Part shown: positions 27,955-40,099 of the stretch, piece by piece
Position numbering within the stretch: position 1 is the stretch's first letter
Layout: each line of letters begins with the position of its first letter
Source of the DNA: Octopus sinensis
Taxonomy: Eukaryota
Length of the DNA stretch: 64,000 nucleotides
Direction: 5' to 3'
NCBI RefSeq assembly: GCF_006345805.1
Contig: NC_043017.1
Coordinates: forward strand, 7,998,001-8,062,000
Notes under the pieces: model-generated
The model's database searches: none
What the model saw: the letters and a program-made list of their open reading frames with translations, nothing else
What the model was told of the DNA's origin: nothing
Position numbers and translations under genes: made by a program

Positions 27955-28260
27955 ATATAATCATACACATTATATAATCCAAAACAACTAAGAAGAGGTA
28001 AGTTGCTTGTATGTCTCCCTGAAGTACATCTGAAAACATATCAAGTTTGTTGGTGTACAAGCACAAGTATTGATATTAGTGTACAAGGACATAATACTAT
28101 TCATGAATGAACTTGGCAGGTCATAGAAAGTTCCAAGATGGTGTTTTGTTGAGTGTCAGGTGTTGATGCATATTCTTAATGATAGTAAAACAATGTTTGT
28201 TGGCAACCTGAATCCCATGTTCATATATATTGTCTGAGGATTTCCATTGTAAACCTTATT
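27955..28260 (-). mobile_element. RTE-type LINE RT fragment
   Basis: Minus strand gives YDLPSSFMNSIMSLYTN and DVLQGDIQATYLFLVVLDYIM, matching YGIP..IMxLYxN and GVLQGDTLAPYLFIIVLDY. Confidence 0.75.
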
Positions 28261-28264
28261 TTAT

Positions 28265-28500
28265 TTGAAACTATGCAAATTATGCATTGAAATAGTTCAG
28301 TTCTTTAGTAGTGAGGCATGGACCATAACAGAATATATTGGCAAAAGAGATGAATGCTGGATATCACTTCCTTTTCCAATTTCCACAGGAAGTTCATTTT
28401 CACAAAGAAGAGATAGTGTATGGCTAATTGCAAAAGTACAGATTTTCTCAACATTCAGACAGACTTATTTTCAATCACAAAAGTGAAGCTGCAGGACCTT
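28265..28500 (+). mobile_element. RTE-type LINE post-RT fragment
   Basis: IEIVQFFSSEAWTITEYIGKRDEC resembles VESVLLYGSEAWTLTxxLEKRLDG. Confidence 0.55.
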
Positions 28501-28539
28501 ATTATAATAGGGTTGATTTGTAAAAGGGTATGTTTTACA

Positions 28540-29380
28540 AGTTAATGAGAATCTAACCAACACAATTTTAGAGAAGCTTCGATATGGTCAGTCAACCATT
28601 CATTGATACCTTTGTGCCATTGGAAAAGTCAGCAAATTGGGTCAATGGGTTCCTCACAGACTTTCCGAGTCTAATCACGCACAGAAAGTGAATGTGTGCT
28701 CTTCTTTGCTGTCATGTCTCACAAATTAACCTTTTTGGGATCGAATAGTGACTGGTGATGAGAAGTGGGTTCTCTATAAAAATGTCAAGCACCGAAGACA
28801 GTGGGTAGGGAAAGGAGAAACTCCAGCACCCACATAAGGAGGTCCTCCCCCACATAAGGTTTGGTGGGATATGAAAGGTTTAGTCCACTTTGACCTTTTA
28901 AACTCAAACTAAATGATAACAAAGGAGATCTACTGCAAGCAGCTTGAGTGGCTTAAGTCAGCACTAGAAGAAAAACGACCATCTTTGGTTTCAAGACGAA
29001 AGGTAGTCTTCCATCAGGATAATGCTTGGCAACATACAGCAAGGATGACATTCCAAAGGCTGGAGCAGTTTCAATGGGAAATGATACCCCACCATATTCG
29101 CCGGACATTGCCCCATCTGATTTTCATTTATTCTACAGTCTTCAAAATCATTTGGACAGAAAAAATATGAATTCTGTAAAGGAGATCAGGACAGTAGTTG
29201 AGGAGTATTTTTTGTCACGGACAAGTGAATTTTGGAAGAGGGGCCTTGCAAGTCTACCGGATTGATGGAAGAGCATTGTAGAAAATGAAGGGGAGTATAT
29301 TTTAGTTTAAAACATTATGTTAATTTTAAAAAATAAAAGAAGTATAAAAAAAAGCACATTATTTATGGGATGACCAAATA
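28540..29380 (+). mobile_element. 5'-truncated mariner (DD34D) transposase pseudo-copy in an SCAI intron
   Basis: KLGQWVPH, DRIVTGDEKWVLY, HQDNA and PYSPDIAPSDFHLF, with frameshifts and stops. Right TIR GCACATTATTTATGGGATGACCAAA+TA ends at 29380. Confidence 0.92.
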
Positions 29381-29838
29381 CTTTCTGTGCAGCATACTCA
29401 TCTCAATTCTTTCCAGTCTTTGAACATTCTGCACATCTTTATCACTCTTGTTTAGCTAGCACACAATATCGCAACTTCATAAACAAACACCTTACAATAT
29501 ACTTCTTATTCAACAAAAGATGCTCTTTGCTACCCCCAAAGGTTGTTGGTTCTCTGAAATTTTCCATTTAATCCTTACATTTGCTACTATGCTTTTGTAA
29601 TGCCCACCTCCACCTCCAGTTAGTTCGCCTAGGTAGCATAAGTTATACACCAATTCTTGCAAGCATTCTAGGCAGTTGAAAAATTAAATTTGTTGGGGTA
29701 ACCTTATTGGTAATTGCATAGGAAATCCTTCTTTTCTTTTATTCTACCTGAGATCCCACTGTACTCTTTCTATGCCCATTGTTACATAACAACAATAGAC
29801 TTGATTTAAATGAATGTAACACTGTATTGTATTTTCAG

Positions 29839-29961
29839 GTGAAATTTAGTGAATTAACTCTTGACATGTTCCGAATGCTACAGACATTAGAAAGAGAACC
29901 ACAAGAAGATTTAACAACTCAACTATATGATACGTCACCTGCCCCAGGAAGACAGCCATTT
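29839..29961 (+). CDS. SCAI: SCAI exon: VKFSELTLDMFRMLQTLEREPQEDLTTQLYDTSPAPGRQPF
   Basis: ttcag|GTG...TTT|gtgagc; 123 nt, phase 0-0. Contains the VKFSELTxDMFRMLQxLEREP SCAI hallmark. Confidence 0.96.
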
Positions 29962-32777
29962 GTGAGCAGCAAATGCTTTCTTTTTTAAATATCTGTCTTT
30001 TTATTCTGTTTTGCATTCCCTCCAGTTAAAACAATTATTTAAATATAAAATTCATAAGTAAAAATGAAGTTCAGTAGTTAGTTTGCCGTGAGTATTGAAA
30101 AATTCAACAAGTACCATTAGTACATTAAGAGACTGGGCTATCTGCTCTATGGAAATAAACTACAAACATTTGTTGTTTAGCTCCAGGCCAGCTATGATAA
30201 TTGTTTTTTTGTTTTTTTTCAGAAGTGATGTTTAGGTCTACATTATCAATTTTCTTTCTTTGTACATATTTTTTCAGCTGTTAAAGTATAGTTCAAGGGA
30301 GATTTGGCTGCTATATCTAGCATATTGAGCAACTATGTAAAAATTTCCTCATAAATTTGTGAGTGAATTTGTATAGATAAATAAATAGGAAGAAAGGAAA
30401 AGAAAATAATGAGTACTTCATTGCATGCATGTGTGTGCATGCACACACACACACACACACACACACACAATATGGAAGTACAGAAACTGTGAAAATATTT
30501 TATTAATCATTTTTTTGGCAGAACATAGTTATGTCATTTGTGGCCAAATGTTGATTGCCTTTGTCAAACTGTAGTTTATAGAGTTAGTCGTTCTGGCAAA
30601 CTAGTTATTAAGATCAATGGCCAATATTTTGTATCATCTATTGCTGCTTTATTAATGACACTAAATTCTCAAGTTTACAGTTAGGTAAGCTAGGAGTTCA
30701 TATAACTATAAATATGATGTGAGATGAAGTGCTTAATGCTGTGTACAATCCCTGGACAAAGTATTGATGGTTGATCTCTTGGTATAGCATTGCATCCTTG
30801 CAGAAGATGCAACATTCAATGACTTAATTGATTTAGCTGATCAGTTATTTGGTTTAAAACAGCATGACAAGACCCTTGCATATCTTTAAGTAGATTTCAC
30901 AGCAGTGCAAGCATTGCACTATTGTGAAATCCCCTCCTTCCTATCAATGAAAAAACTTGCCCCAGTAAGTCTTGTCTTAAACTTGTAGCATGGGAAAGTG
31001 AATGTTAAAAGGACAAGGGCGATGGTTATGATGATTTCAGTGTTATGATACTCAAGGATGGAAAACATTGATCTAGACAAAAGTATTTGTAAAAATCAAA
31101 ATTTCTGTCATATATTTCGTAATGTGAATAAATAGGGTAATTTCAACAATATAAACATTTATTAGTGAGTATAAAATCTTGTGGATAAAAAAGGAAATAT
31201 TGTTTTATTTCAATTATATTTTGGTATTTTTATCTAAACAAAACATTTTTCAGATTTCAAATAATTCTTGGCAAGTGTGTTTTTTGTTTTATCATTTTTC
31301 TCTAAAATTATTCTGTAGTATATAAGGGAGGTAACTTTTCCTGAACGACATTCTATAGTTATTTTACCACACTTTTTCGGTTGAATGCTAGCAACCAAAA
31401 TATTTATTGAATATACCATATATTTAAACATTGAGATACTTAAGCTTCCATTTATTTATTAACGGAGAAATCATATTGAATTTATTAAGTATAAGCTAAT
31501 GATATTCAATATAGAATTTAATGAACATTTTTACAATACACATGTACAACATTGCATACCTACTAAGTGATTTTCTCATCACTACTTTATCAAGTACAGT
31601 TCAGCTAAAATTATACTTTACTAATACGACTGAGACAAGTCTAGAGTTGCCTCCCAGATTTTCCAAAATATAATATTACTGATTCAGCTAATGTTATTTT
31701 TTTCCTTGGTATATGAATATTCTTAGTTAGATTTTAGTTTTAGTTCATTAAATATGTAAATGCCAGCTTAATTAGTATTTTTTATATGGATGGCATCACT
31801 AAGTATTTTATAGAAGTACTAAGTTCACTATTTTTATTTTCTACATCAGTAGTACTGCACTAAATTGTCTGTGTCTAACTCCCACTTTCTGTGCAGACAT
31901 ATATTTAATGTGTAAATAATTTGAGTATAGCAAATAACTTCAATAAACCCAGTAACATAAATGAAAACAGCCAATAGTAAGTGTTACTAGAGGAGAGTGT
32001 ATATATTTTAGGTAGAAAAAGTCAGTATAACACACAATTCTCTGAGCATACCTCTATGTGGTCCTAGTTGAACATGCTAGTTAAAGCAGGCAAATTTCCT
32101 TCAAATCACATCTTACCTTCTTATAAAATGGAACAGACATTAAACTATAAGGTCTTATATATATCAAAACAGTTTGATACAGACTCCTTGGTACTCTGAG
32201 TTTCAAGCATGTGGCTAGTCTTCAATCATTGGAATCTGAATCCAATGGCTGAAGACTAGCTAGATCAAGCTATTTTGATCTATACATGTAACTCCTGATA
32301 AATGTGTTGAATGCCCATCTTTCGTTTACCTACTCAGTCATATTATAAAAGCTACAGGTCTTGGACTATAATCAGAGGATTATAGGTTTACTTGGTCAGT
32401 GTTAAAGAGCTGCTTCTGGCTGTGAGATTCTAACTGGAAGTAGTTTTCAGATTAACAAAGTTTGAAGTAGCTATGTATCTGTATAGAATGAAAGCTAATG
32501 ATTTTAATGGTGTGATTGATTTTTTTTTGTTTTTTTAATGTTGACTGTCATATTACAGCCCAAGACAAGACAAGGCCCATTACTCTGTTTACTGTATATG
32601 TATATAAAAATTAGATCTATTATATACATTGTTAATATAGAGAAATGGATCTAAAAATATTAAAAATATAACAAATTAGTAGTTGTTGATGATAGGCATT
32701 TATACCTACTTTTCTTCATCTGGTGACCCTACAAATTCGTGGCATTGTGTCAATGTGAGAAATTATTATTATTTTTA

Positions 32778-32992
32778 ATAAGGTAGCAAACTGGTAGAAT
32801 TGTTAGCACACCAGGTAAAAAGCTTAGCAACATTTTGTCCATTTTTATGTTCTGAGTTCAAATCCCACTGAGGTTAACTTTGCCTTTCATCTTTTCAGGG
32901 TCAATAAATCAAGTATTAGCTGAGCACTGATGTCAATGTAATTGACCTACTCCCTCTCCCAAACTTGCTGGCCTTATGCCAAAATTTGAAAC
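32778..32992 (+). mobile_element. tRNA-derived SINE family D
   Basis: CTGGTAGAATTGTTAGCAC...TTCTGAGTTCAAATCCC...TTTGCCTTTCATC...GGCCTTATGCCAAAATTTGAAAC, preceded by (ATT)n. Other copies at about 4420, 37530, 39360, 42920, 48650 and 49200. Confidence 0.8.
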
Positions 32993-33309
32993 TGTTTTTA
33001 AATCTGTTCCTCTGATCATACTGTAAGATGTGATTTGAAGATGTTTGCTATTTCTAGCAGGTCATGTGACTGTATAGAGAGTCCTTTGATTTGTGAGTGT
33101 GTGAGGTGTTCAGGAGGTATGTGTAGGTATTGTGGTGATGTAATGGTGATGATGTTGATAGAAATCAACATTGATTTTTATTTTTCAATGCCTATCAGAA
33201 TATTCATCTTTCTTTGTAAATAATAAAATCATTCTTATTCTCTACAGAAATTATTTTCATCTTTAGGTTGTACCTAGCCTAACTAGTTGTGTTTATTTTA
33301 TCTTCCAAG

Positions 33310-33490
33310 GAAAATGGCGATCGTTCTATACGAAGAGATAACCCACACAAGTATCTGCTCTACAAACCCACATTCAGTCAACTGAATACATTCCTAGCGT
33401 CAGGTTTTAAAGAACTTCCTCCAAATGGAGCCCTTCTCTTGTATATATCTGCTGACGGTTGCTATGGGAATTCCAAACACACAGATGATG
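33310..33490 (+). CDS. SCAI: SCAI exon: ENGDRSIRRDNPHKYLLYKPTFSQLNTFLASGFKELPPNGALLLYISADGCYGNSKHTDD
   Basis: ttccaag|GAA...GAT G|gtaagt; 181 nt, phase 0-1. Contains NPHKYLLYKPTFSQL. The AAG acceptor is the nearest in-frame one. Confidence 0.95.
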
Positions 33491-34143
33491 GTAAGTTTAT
33501 GTGCCACTGTTTCAATACAGTTCAGTTATAACTATTCCTTTCTGTGTGTGCAAGTGTATGTGTTTACCTTGTAATTCTTTAATTGACCATACTTTATGTA
33601 AAATTCTTGCTCATTATACCAAGCCCTTATATAAGTCATTATTCTCTTTGCCTCAGTCTGCCTAGTTGCAAACAGGTACATTTATACATATAATGTCATG
33701 TATAAATTATAATGAAGAAAGTAACAGATACCAACTACTTCATTTGATTGTACACATTTTCTTAGTTAACATGGAGAAATGAACATAACATGTAATTAGG
33801 CTGAAATTTGTCTAAATTCTTCTGAAACTGTTTTAGATTACTGTGGCCTAAAATAAATTTGAATCAGAGATTCTACTTAATGAGAACTTGCATTCTACTA
33901 TATCTTTTTCCCAAGCCTTTGAAAGTTAAAAAGCAAATTAATAATCCCATTGGTTTGAGATGCTCTATAATTGGCAATACAGGTTTATAAGAATTCAGAA
34001 AGTAGTCTTTGCTATTTAGTATTATAATTCATTCCATAAAATTTACGTAAGTAATATATATGCAAATAAGTAATATATTGGTTTGAATAATTTTTAGAAA
34101 CTAAAAATTGATTGAACATGAACCTCTTTTTACCAATTTGCAG

Positions 34144-34240
34144 CTGCCTACGACCTTGGAGGTGTAGTGACCAACAGTCGGCGAGAAGGGGACATATTAA
34201 ATAAAAACAAAAGACCTGGAAGTTTGAAAGAAATGCATTG
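34144..34240 (+). CDS. SCAI: SCAI exon: (A)AYDLGGVVTNSRREGDILNKNKRPGSLKEMH(C)
   Basis: ttgcag|CT...TG|gtgagg; 97 nt, phase 1-2. Compare human PYDFGGVLTNSNRD...KEMHC. Confidence 0.95.
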
Positions 34241-35087
34241 GTGAGGCATTATATGTTTTTTCAATGGGAGCTCTCTTCCCTTCCTTTTTAGATATTATAT
34301 GTACCAACTGGATAAATAAAAAAGACAGAGGCTCAAAATTTACATTGAATGTGTGTGTGTCTGATGTCTGCTATTAAATAACACTCTATTTTATATGGCA
34401 TAAAATACCTGTCTACATTTCTCACTTTTTCCTTTCACCCTTATCTGTCATCTCTCTCTCTCTCTCCCTCTCTCTGCAATTTGGGTTTTTCCTCCTTGAC
34501 TTGATCTTTTATTTCTGTTTTATTGTTTGTCTCCTTGTTTTCTTTCATGATGTTAATCTCCCTACTGTCTCTCTCATACTGTTTTATTCATCAAACCACC
34601 ATTATCCATTCACGCACTTTTCATTTCTGTATGTTTGTTCTTTCTCTCTCTCATTACTTTTATAAAATATTGGGAAAACTATCTTAAAATTATGATCCCC
34701 TTCTTGTTTATTAAATTCAATGATCCACAGTTATGTTGATAATTGAAACTCTCAGATATCCACAGATCAAATGAAATTCTTCAGAATATGCCCAAAAGTC
34801 AGTTCTAATAAAGAATAGATCATTGTCATGTCTACATGAAAACACAACAGGGAAATAGTTTCTTGTACTGGTTTCAGTCATTGAACTACAGCCAAGCTGA
34901 AGTATTGCCTTTCACACTTTTTTTCTTTTTTAGTTGATCATATCCATTCCAGTCATTGTTGTCTGATACTTGTTTCATCAATCTTTATTAACGAAGTTAC
35001 CTTTAACACAATACCAGTTTTTAACTAGTGGTGTTGTGTCAAATATACACATACACACACACACATATGTGTGTGTGTGAGTGAGTG

Positions 35088-35560
35088 AAGGCATGTGGCT
35101 TAGTGGTTATGGGGCTGCACTCATGATTGGTAGATCATGGGTTTGATCCCCAGACTGGGTGACACATTGTGTTCTCAAGCAAGACACTTCATTTCACATT
35201 GGTCCAGTTCACTCAGCTGTAAATAGGTCACCCTGTAATACAATAGAATTCCTCTCAGGGGGAATATTGGCTTTGTCACCTAGCCAGCGAGATGGCATCA
35301 GTCAAAAGCTAAAAACATTCTAAATGCATTGTGACCAGTGATGTATAACATCTGGTAGTCTGGTTGATTATATGATATATATGGTTAGGTGTTGCACTCA
35401 CAATGTAGTAATCGTGATTTCAATTCCTAGACTGAGTGGTTCATTGTGTTCTTGAGCAAAACACTTCATCTCATGTTGCTCTGCAATCACTTCAACACCT
35501 GATGCATGACACACCATCCACCTGTTCAGATATTTGATCACTATAAACAAATCCTTTATG
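35088..35560 (+). mobile_element. Two older family C SINE copies in tandem
   Basis: TGGCTTAGTGGTT...GGGTTTGATCCCCAGAC head and GCATTGTGACCAGTGATGT body; a second head starts at ~35382. Confidence 0.7.
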
Positions 35561-35984
35561 CAGGTTGTTTGGTAAAAGCTGAACACTCAGACATCATCTT
35601 TGATGGGAGAGTCCATCATCATATCATATGTATACAAGTCTTTTGCACAGATCCTATCTACTAAATTTAGCTTACAAGGTATTGGTCAACCATACCCAAA
35701 GCTACAATAGATGATAAATGTGCTCAGTAATATTTAGTGGGTTTTTGAACCCAGAACCATGTGATTGTGAAGTGAACTTTTTAAGCAGATGTCTATGCCT
35801 GAGCTTTATATACTGTCTGGACTGCTTTCTGATTAAAATATTCCAAAAACAACTAACTAGGCACATTTTCTCCCCTTTTTATTCTTCAGTATCAGATTTG
35901 ACCTTCTTATTCTAATCATATTTATTATGTTTGTTAATAATCTATGCAAACCTTTGCTAATTAGTTGAACTATTTTAATTTCAG

Positions 35985-36066
35985 TCTACATCCAGGTGAT
36001 TTGTATCCTTACACTAGAAAGCCATTGTTTCTCATCTGCGATAGTGATAATAGTTCCGCATTTCAG
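35985..36066 (+). CDS. SCAI: SCAI exon: LHPGDLYPYTRKPLFLICDSDNSSAFQ
   Basis: ttcag|T CTA...CAG|gtatgt; 82 nt, phase 2-0. Compare human LHPGDLYPFTRKPLFIIVDSSNSVAYK. Confidence 0.96.
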
Positions 36067-36327
36067 GTATGTATACATTGTAAACACAATTACCATCATC
36101 ACTACAGCTACCACCATCATTATCATCATCATCATCATCTTATATCAGCTTTTAATACTGAGTCAATACAGTCTGAGTTAGTTCTGATACAATCATACAC
36201 TCCAACATGGGCTGGCAGACTATGTCTTGTTCATGATATATATATATATAAGCTATACAACCTTACCTGGTGTATATTCTTTCAAGTACCTGATTCTATC
36301 AAGAATCCTCATTATTATTATTATTAT

Positions 36328-37110
36328 TGTCTTTGCACAGCTTCTAATGCTGGAGAAGTATTACAGTGTCAGCTGTTCACTACCAGTGAACTAAGGTAAC
36401 ACCTCTTATTTTTCGTGTACCTTCCGGAATATTCAAGCAGTGCAGTTTTCTGCCCCTATTTGTTCCACATACTTCTCAAGATTTTTGCTCACTGTTCCCA
36501 GGGCTCCAACAATTATTGGTACTACTGCTACCTTTTTCATCAACCACAACTGCTTAACTTCCCAAGCTAACCTGTCATATCTCTCGACTTTTCTTCCTTA
36601 TCGCATACCTTGTTGTCAGCTGGGCATGCTATATCTATGATCCAGCATAGTTTGTTTCCTTTGTCAATTAAGACTATGTCCGGCTTCCTATTCTCTATCT
36701 CATGGTCGTACTGAATTATAAAATCCCATAGGATCTTTGCATTTCCATTTTCGATGATGCCTTCAGGTTTGTGGTCGTACCAATTTTTTGCTCTGTCAAG
36801 TCCATACTTGTTGCAAAGTGTCCAATGGACAAGCCTGGCTATATTGTCAAGGCGTCTCTTATATTCCTTCTGGGCTACTGGCATACATTGGCTGGTAATA
36901 TGCCATGCGGTTTCACCATTTTGTCCTCAGATTCTGCACTTATCACTTTCTGCTGTGTTGTCTATTCTGTATTTTATGTAGTTTGTTCTTAGTGCTTGCT
37001 CTTGGGCAGCACAGATTAGAGCCTCTGTTTCCAGTTTTAAATCACTTTTAGTCATCCACAGCCATTTTTTTTCTCTGTTTGTCTAATCTTCAACATCCCT
37101 TTGAAATGCA
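36328..37110 (-). mobile_element. 3' part of an RLE-bearing non-LTR retrotransposon (R4/Dong-like)
   Basis: KLETEALICAAQEQAL, zinc-knuckle CRI*GQNGETAWHITSQC, AQKEYKRRLDNIARLVHW, KILWDF, RKPDIVLIDK...IIDIACP and VPIIVGALG; ends in (AAT)n at 36311-36328. Confidence 0.85.
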
Positions 37111-37142
37111 TTCTTTTCTTTACCCACCTATTTTTAGTTTAG

Positions 37143-37263
37143 ATATTTTTGTCACTTTGAGACCGCGACCTATTCCCTGACAAAATTCCATGCTGACAAA
37201 ATTAGAGATGCAGCACAGAATTTTGACAGTGAACAGGTCGTGGTCTCAAAGCGACAAAAATAT
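37143..37263. repeat. Imperfect palindrome (53-bp arms, 15-nt loop), probable MITE remnant
   Basis: Arms 37143-37195 and 37211-37263 are complementary at 46 of 53 positions. Confidence 0.9.
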
Positions 37264-37728
37264 TTTGGCAAATTAAATTTAAATGTTGAATTGAATCTAA
37301 CGGTTTTTGTGTTTCATAAATAGCTTATAAACACCTTCCACACTGTAATTGTTTTAGTTATATTAACATTTTCTGATAATCTGTTCCCTATCCCTGGCAG
37401 CTATGACTGAGGCTTGTGTTGTATTCAACTCAAACAAACTGTAGCAGATTAACCAAACTGTTAACCTATTGAAGAAAATATCTTACAATATTTAGTTAAG
37501 TCCTTTTACACCCTGTATCAAAACTCAACTGTGGTCAACTTTGCCTTTCACCTTCCTTCCAGTGTCAATAAAATAATGAATCAGTCAAGTAATACTCCTA
37601 ATAAGGTATCTTCCATTATTGATTTTTTTAAAAAGTTATTTTTAAGTTTGCTTCTATGGACTTATGACACAGGGGTGTAACATTGACTACAAAGTTCTGT
37701 TTGAAAAGGAGGTTTCTTTAAATTGTAT

Positions 37729-38068
37729 GCCATTTGCCTTATATCTGGAACATTATTCTGCCATTTGCTTTATATCTGGGACATTGCTCTACCATTTGCC
37801 TTATATCTGGAATGTTACTTTGCTATTTGCCTTATATCTGGACCATTACTTTGCTAATTGCCTCACATCTGGAACATTACTATACTGTTTGCCTTATATC
37901 TGGGGCATTACTATACCATTTGTCTTATATCTGGAATATTGCTATGCCATTTGCCTTGTATCTGGATCATCGCTCTACCATTTGCTTTATATATGGAACA
38001 TTGCTATGCCATTTGCCTTAGGTTTGGAACATTACTCTACCATTTGCTTTATATCTTGAACATTACTA
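37729..38068. repeat. 31-bp minisatellite, ~11 units (CCATTTGCCTTATATCTGGAACATTACTCTA)
   Basis: The ATATCTGG-like core recurs at 37741, 37772, 37803 ... 38051 with exact 31-nt spacing. Confidence 0.95.
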
Positions 38069-38688
38069 TTATTGTATATTCATCAAATTCAGTTTTGTTT
38101 TGGTTGTTCAGTCAACAGAACTTGACTGGTTAACTTAGTCTATCGTCTGGTTTAACACTGCCTTCTGGCTATTTGATGTTTTTAGCTTAGTCTACTTTGT
38201 TGCAAGTATTTGAGCCAGTTATTGTGTCTAAAGATAACTTCTTCCTTCATCTCACAAGCACTGTAAGAAAGCAGCTGAATATTCAACAAATACTTAATGT
38301 AACCTTCATACAGAATCAGCATGATACCATGTGTTATAAAGTGGTGCTTCAGATTACAAACATAATCCATATGATGGGCTTCTACACAGTTTCAGTCTAC
38401 CTGATTTAATTCACAGAGCTTAGGTTAATTTGAGACTAAAGTAAAAGACACTTGTGAAAGGTACCACCGTGTGAGATCAAACCCTGAGTCACATGATTGC
38501 AAAGTGAACTTCTTAACTATTTGTTCATGTCTATACCCATAGAATACTCATTATTTCATCCATAAAACTGGTTATATTCATATATTATATACACTCATGA
38601 GTATATGATATATATATAGAACATTTTTTTTAAAAGATACAGAAAAGAAACAAGATAATTATGTGATTTGTTTGAATATATCTTTCAG

Positions 38689-38761
38689 TGTTTTCCTAAC
38701 CTTTTTGGTCAACCGCTTGTCTGCCTTTTGTCCCCTGAGCAGTTACCATCAACAATGCAAG
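38689..38761 (+). CDS. SCAI: SCAI exon: CFPNLFGQPLVCLLSPEQLPSTMQ
   Basis: ttcag|TGT...CAA G|gttagt; 73 nt, phase 0-1. Contains NLFGQPLVCLLSP. Confidence 0.96.
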
Positions 38762-39925
38762 GTTAGTATATGTGTGTTCAAGTATTTGTTCTCACAATTA
38801 GCCTTTGAATAATTATTTTCCTCCTGAATTCTTTTTTTAATGTTTTTAATGTTTATCTTAACTTTATAATGTCTATTGTTAATAATTCTTTTTATTTCAA
38901 CTGCCATGCTTTTATGGGAAGAAAATTGAAAGCTTAGGCAAGCTCTGAGGCTTCACTAAAGTATCAGACAAAATGTTTTGCCATATTTCCAAGTTAATAT
39001 GGTTATCAGTCAAGGATGATGGACTGCCAGAATGTTTAGTGTTGAACAGAATGCCTTACAATATTTGTTCAGGTGCTTTGAGTTCAAATCCTGTTGTGAC
39101 CTACTTGGGTAGTAGACTTAATCTGTCACCCAGTTTAACACACCACACAGTCCTTGGTGGCTTTAGCAGAGTTAAAACTATAGCAAACATTTTGGCCAAG
39201 TCTCCAGTTTAGGGATACCTTCTCTCCATCCCGTCAGTCTTGGAAGCCCTTTAGAAAATCATGGGCACTGACTTTCTTTTGATTAAAGTGAACAGACTAT
39301 CTTATCCCAGAGTTTTTGGCTTTGTACCAATGTTAGAAATTATTATTATGGATTGGAAGATTCAGTTAGGTGTTGAACGAAACACTTTGCAATATTTTGT
39401 TACAGCCTTTTGTATTCTGAGATGAAAACCTAATGAGATCAACTTTACCATTCTTCCTTCCAGGGTCAATAAAAAAAAAGAACAATTCAACTACTGGTGG
39501 TTAATATAGTTAACTATTCCTTCTCCAAAAATGTCTAACCTAGTTCTCAAATGAGAAGCCATTGCTGTTATTGGATGGTAGGATGGTAAAACATTGATGT
39601 TAAACAGTATTTAGTTGTGTTCTATGATTTGTCTTCAAATTATGAAGGTGTTTGATACTACAAGTACTACTAATACACTGGTGCCTTGTGCAAATTTTAA
39701 AAAATGTTCATTATTATTAGCAGTTAAGTTGCTGAAAACTGGATCTTTGGATATACCTGTACCACATTCCAGGCAATTATACCTGTTCTTTGCAGACCTC
39801 CTCTTAACTGTAATTAGATTAGACTATAAAGATGTTACGAATGAGAGGTGTCATCCAGTTCAACTAACTAGCTGTGTGTGTTTTAATTTCATCAATGTAT
39901 ATTTATTTTGCTTCTTATTTTACAG

Positions 39926-40099
39926 ATCAACATCTGAAAGGCAACCTGTTTACTCTCTTCTTACACTGTCCCCTAATGGCATTTTGCTATGTATGCAACA
40001 TTGGGGACATTCCTATCACAACCTGGGACAAGTGCCAGAGCCATGTAGATAAGTTTATGTCAGAAGCATCCAAGTTATTTACTCGTTCAAGGAAATTAG
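39926..40099 (+). CDS. SCAI: SCAI exon: (D)QHLKGNLFTLFLHCPLMAFCYVCNIGDIPITTWDKCQSHVDKFMSEASKLFTRSRKL
   Basis: tacag|AT...TTA G|gtaatc; 174 nt, phase 1-1. Compare human DQSQRGSLFTLFLNNPLMAF. Confidence 0.96.

Noticed and set aside
32559-32600. Extra SCAI linker exon after tattacag
   Set aside because: Good acceptor but no credible donor, and the flanking exons already join in frame.
37729-38068. CRISPR-like array
   Set aside because: Contiguous 31-bp units with no unique spacers, in eukaryotic intron context, and no cas genes.
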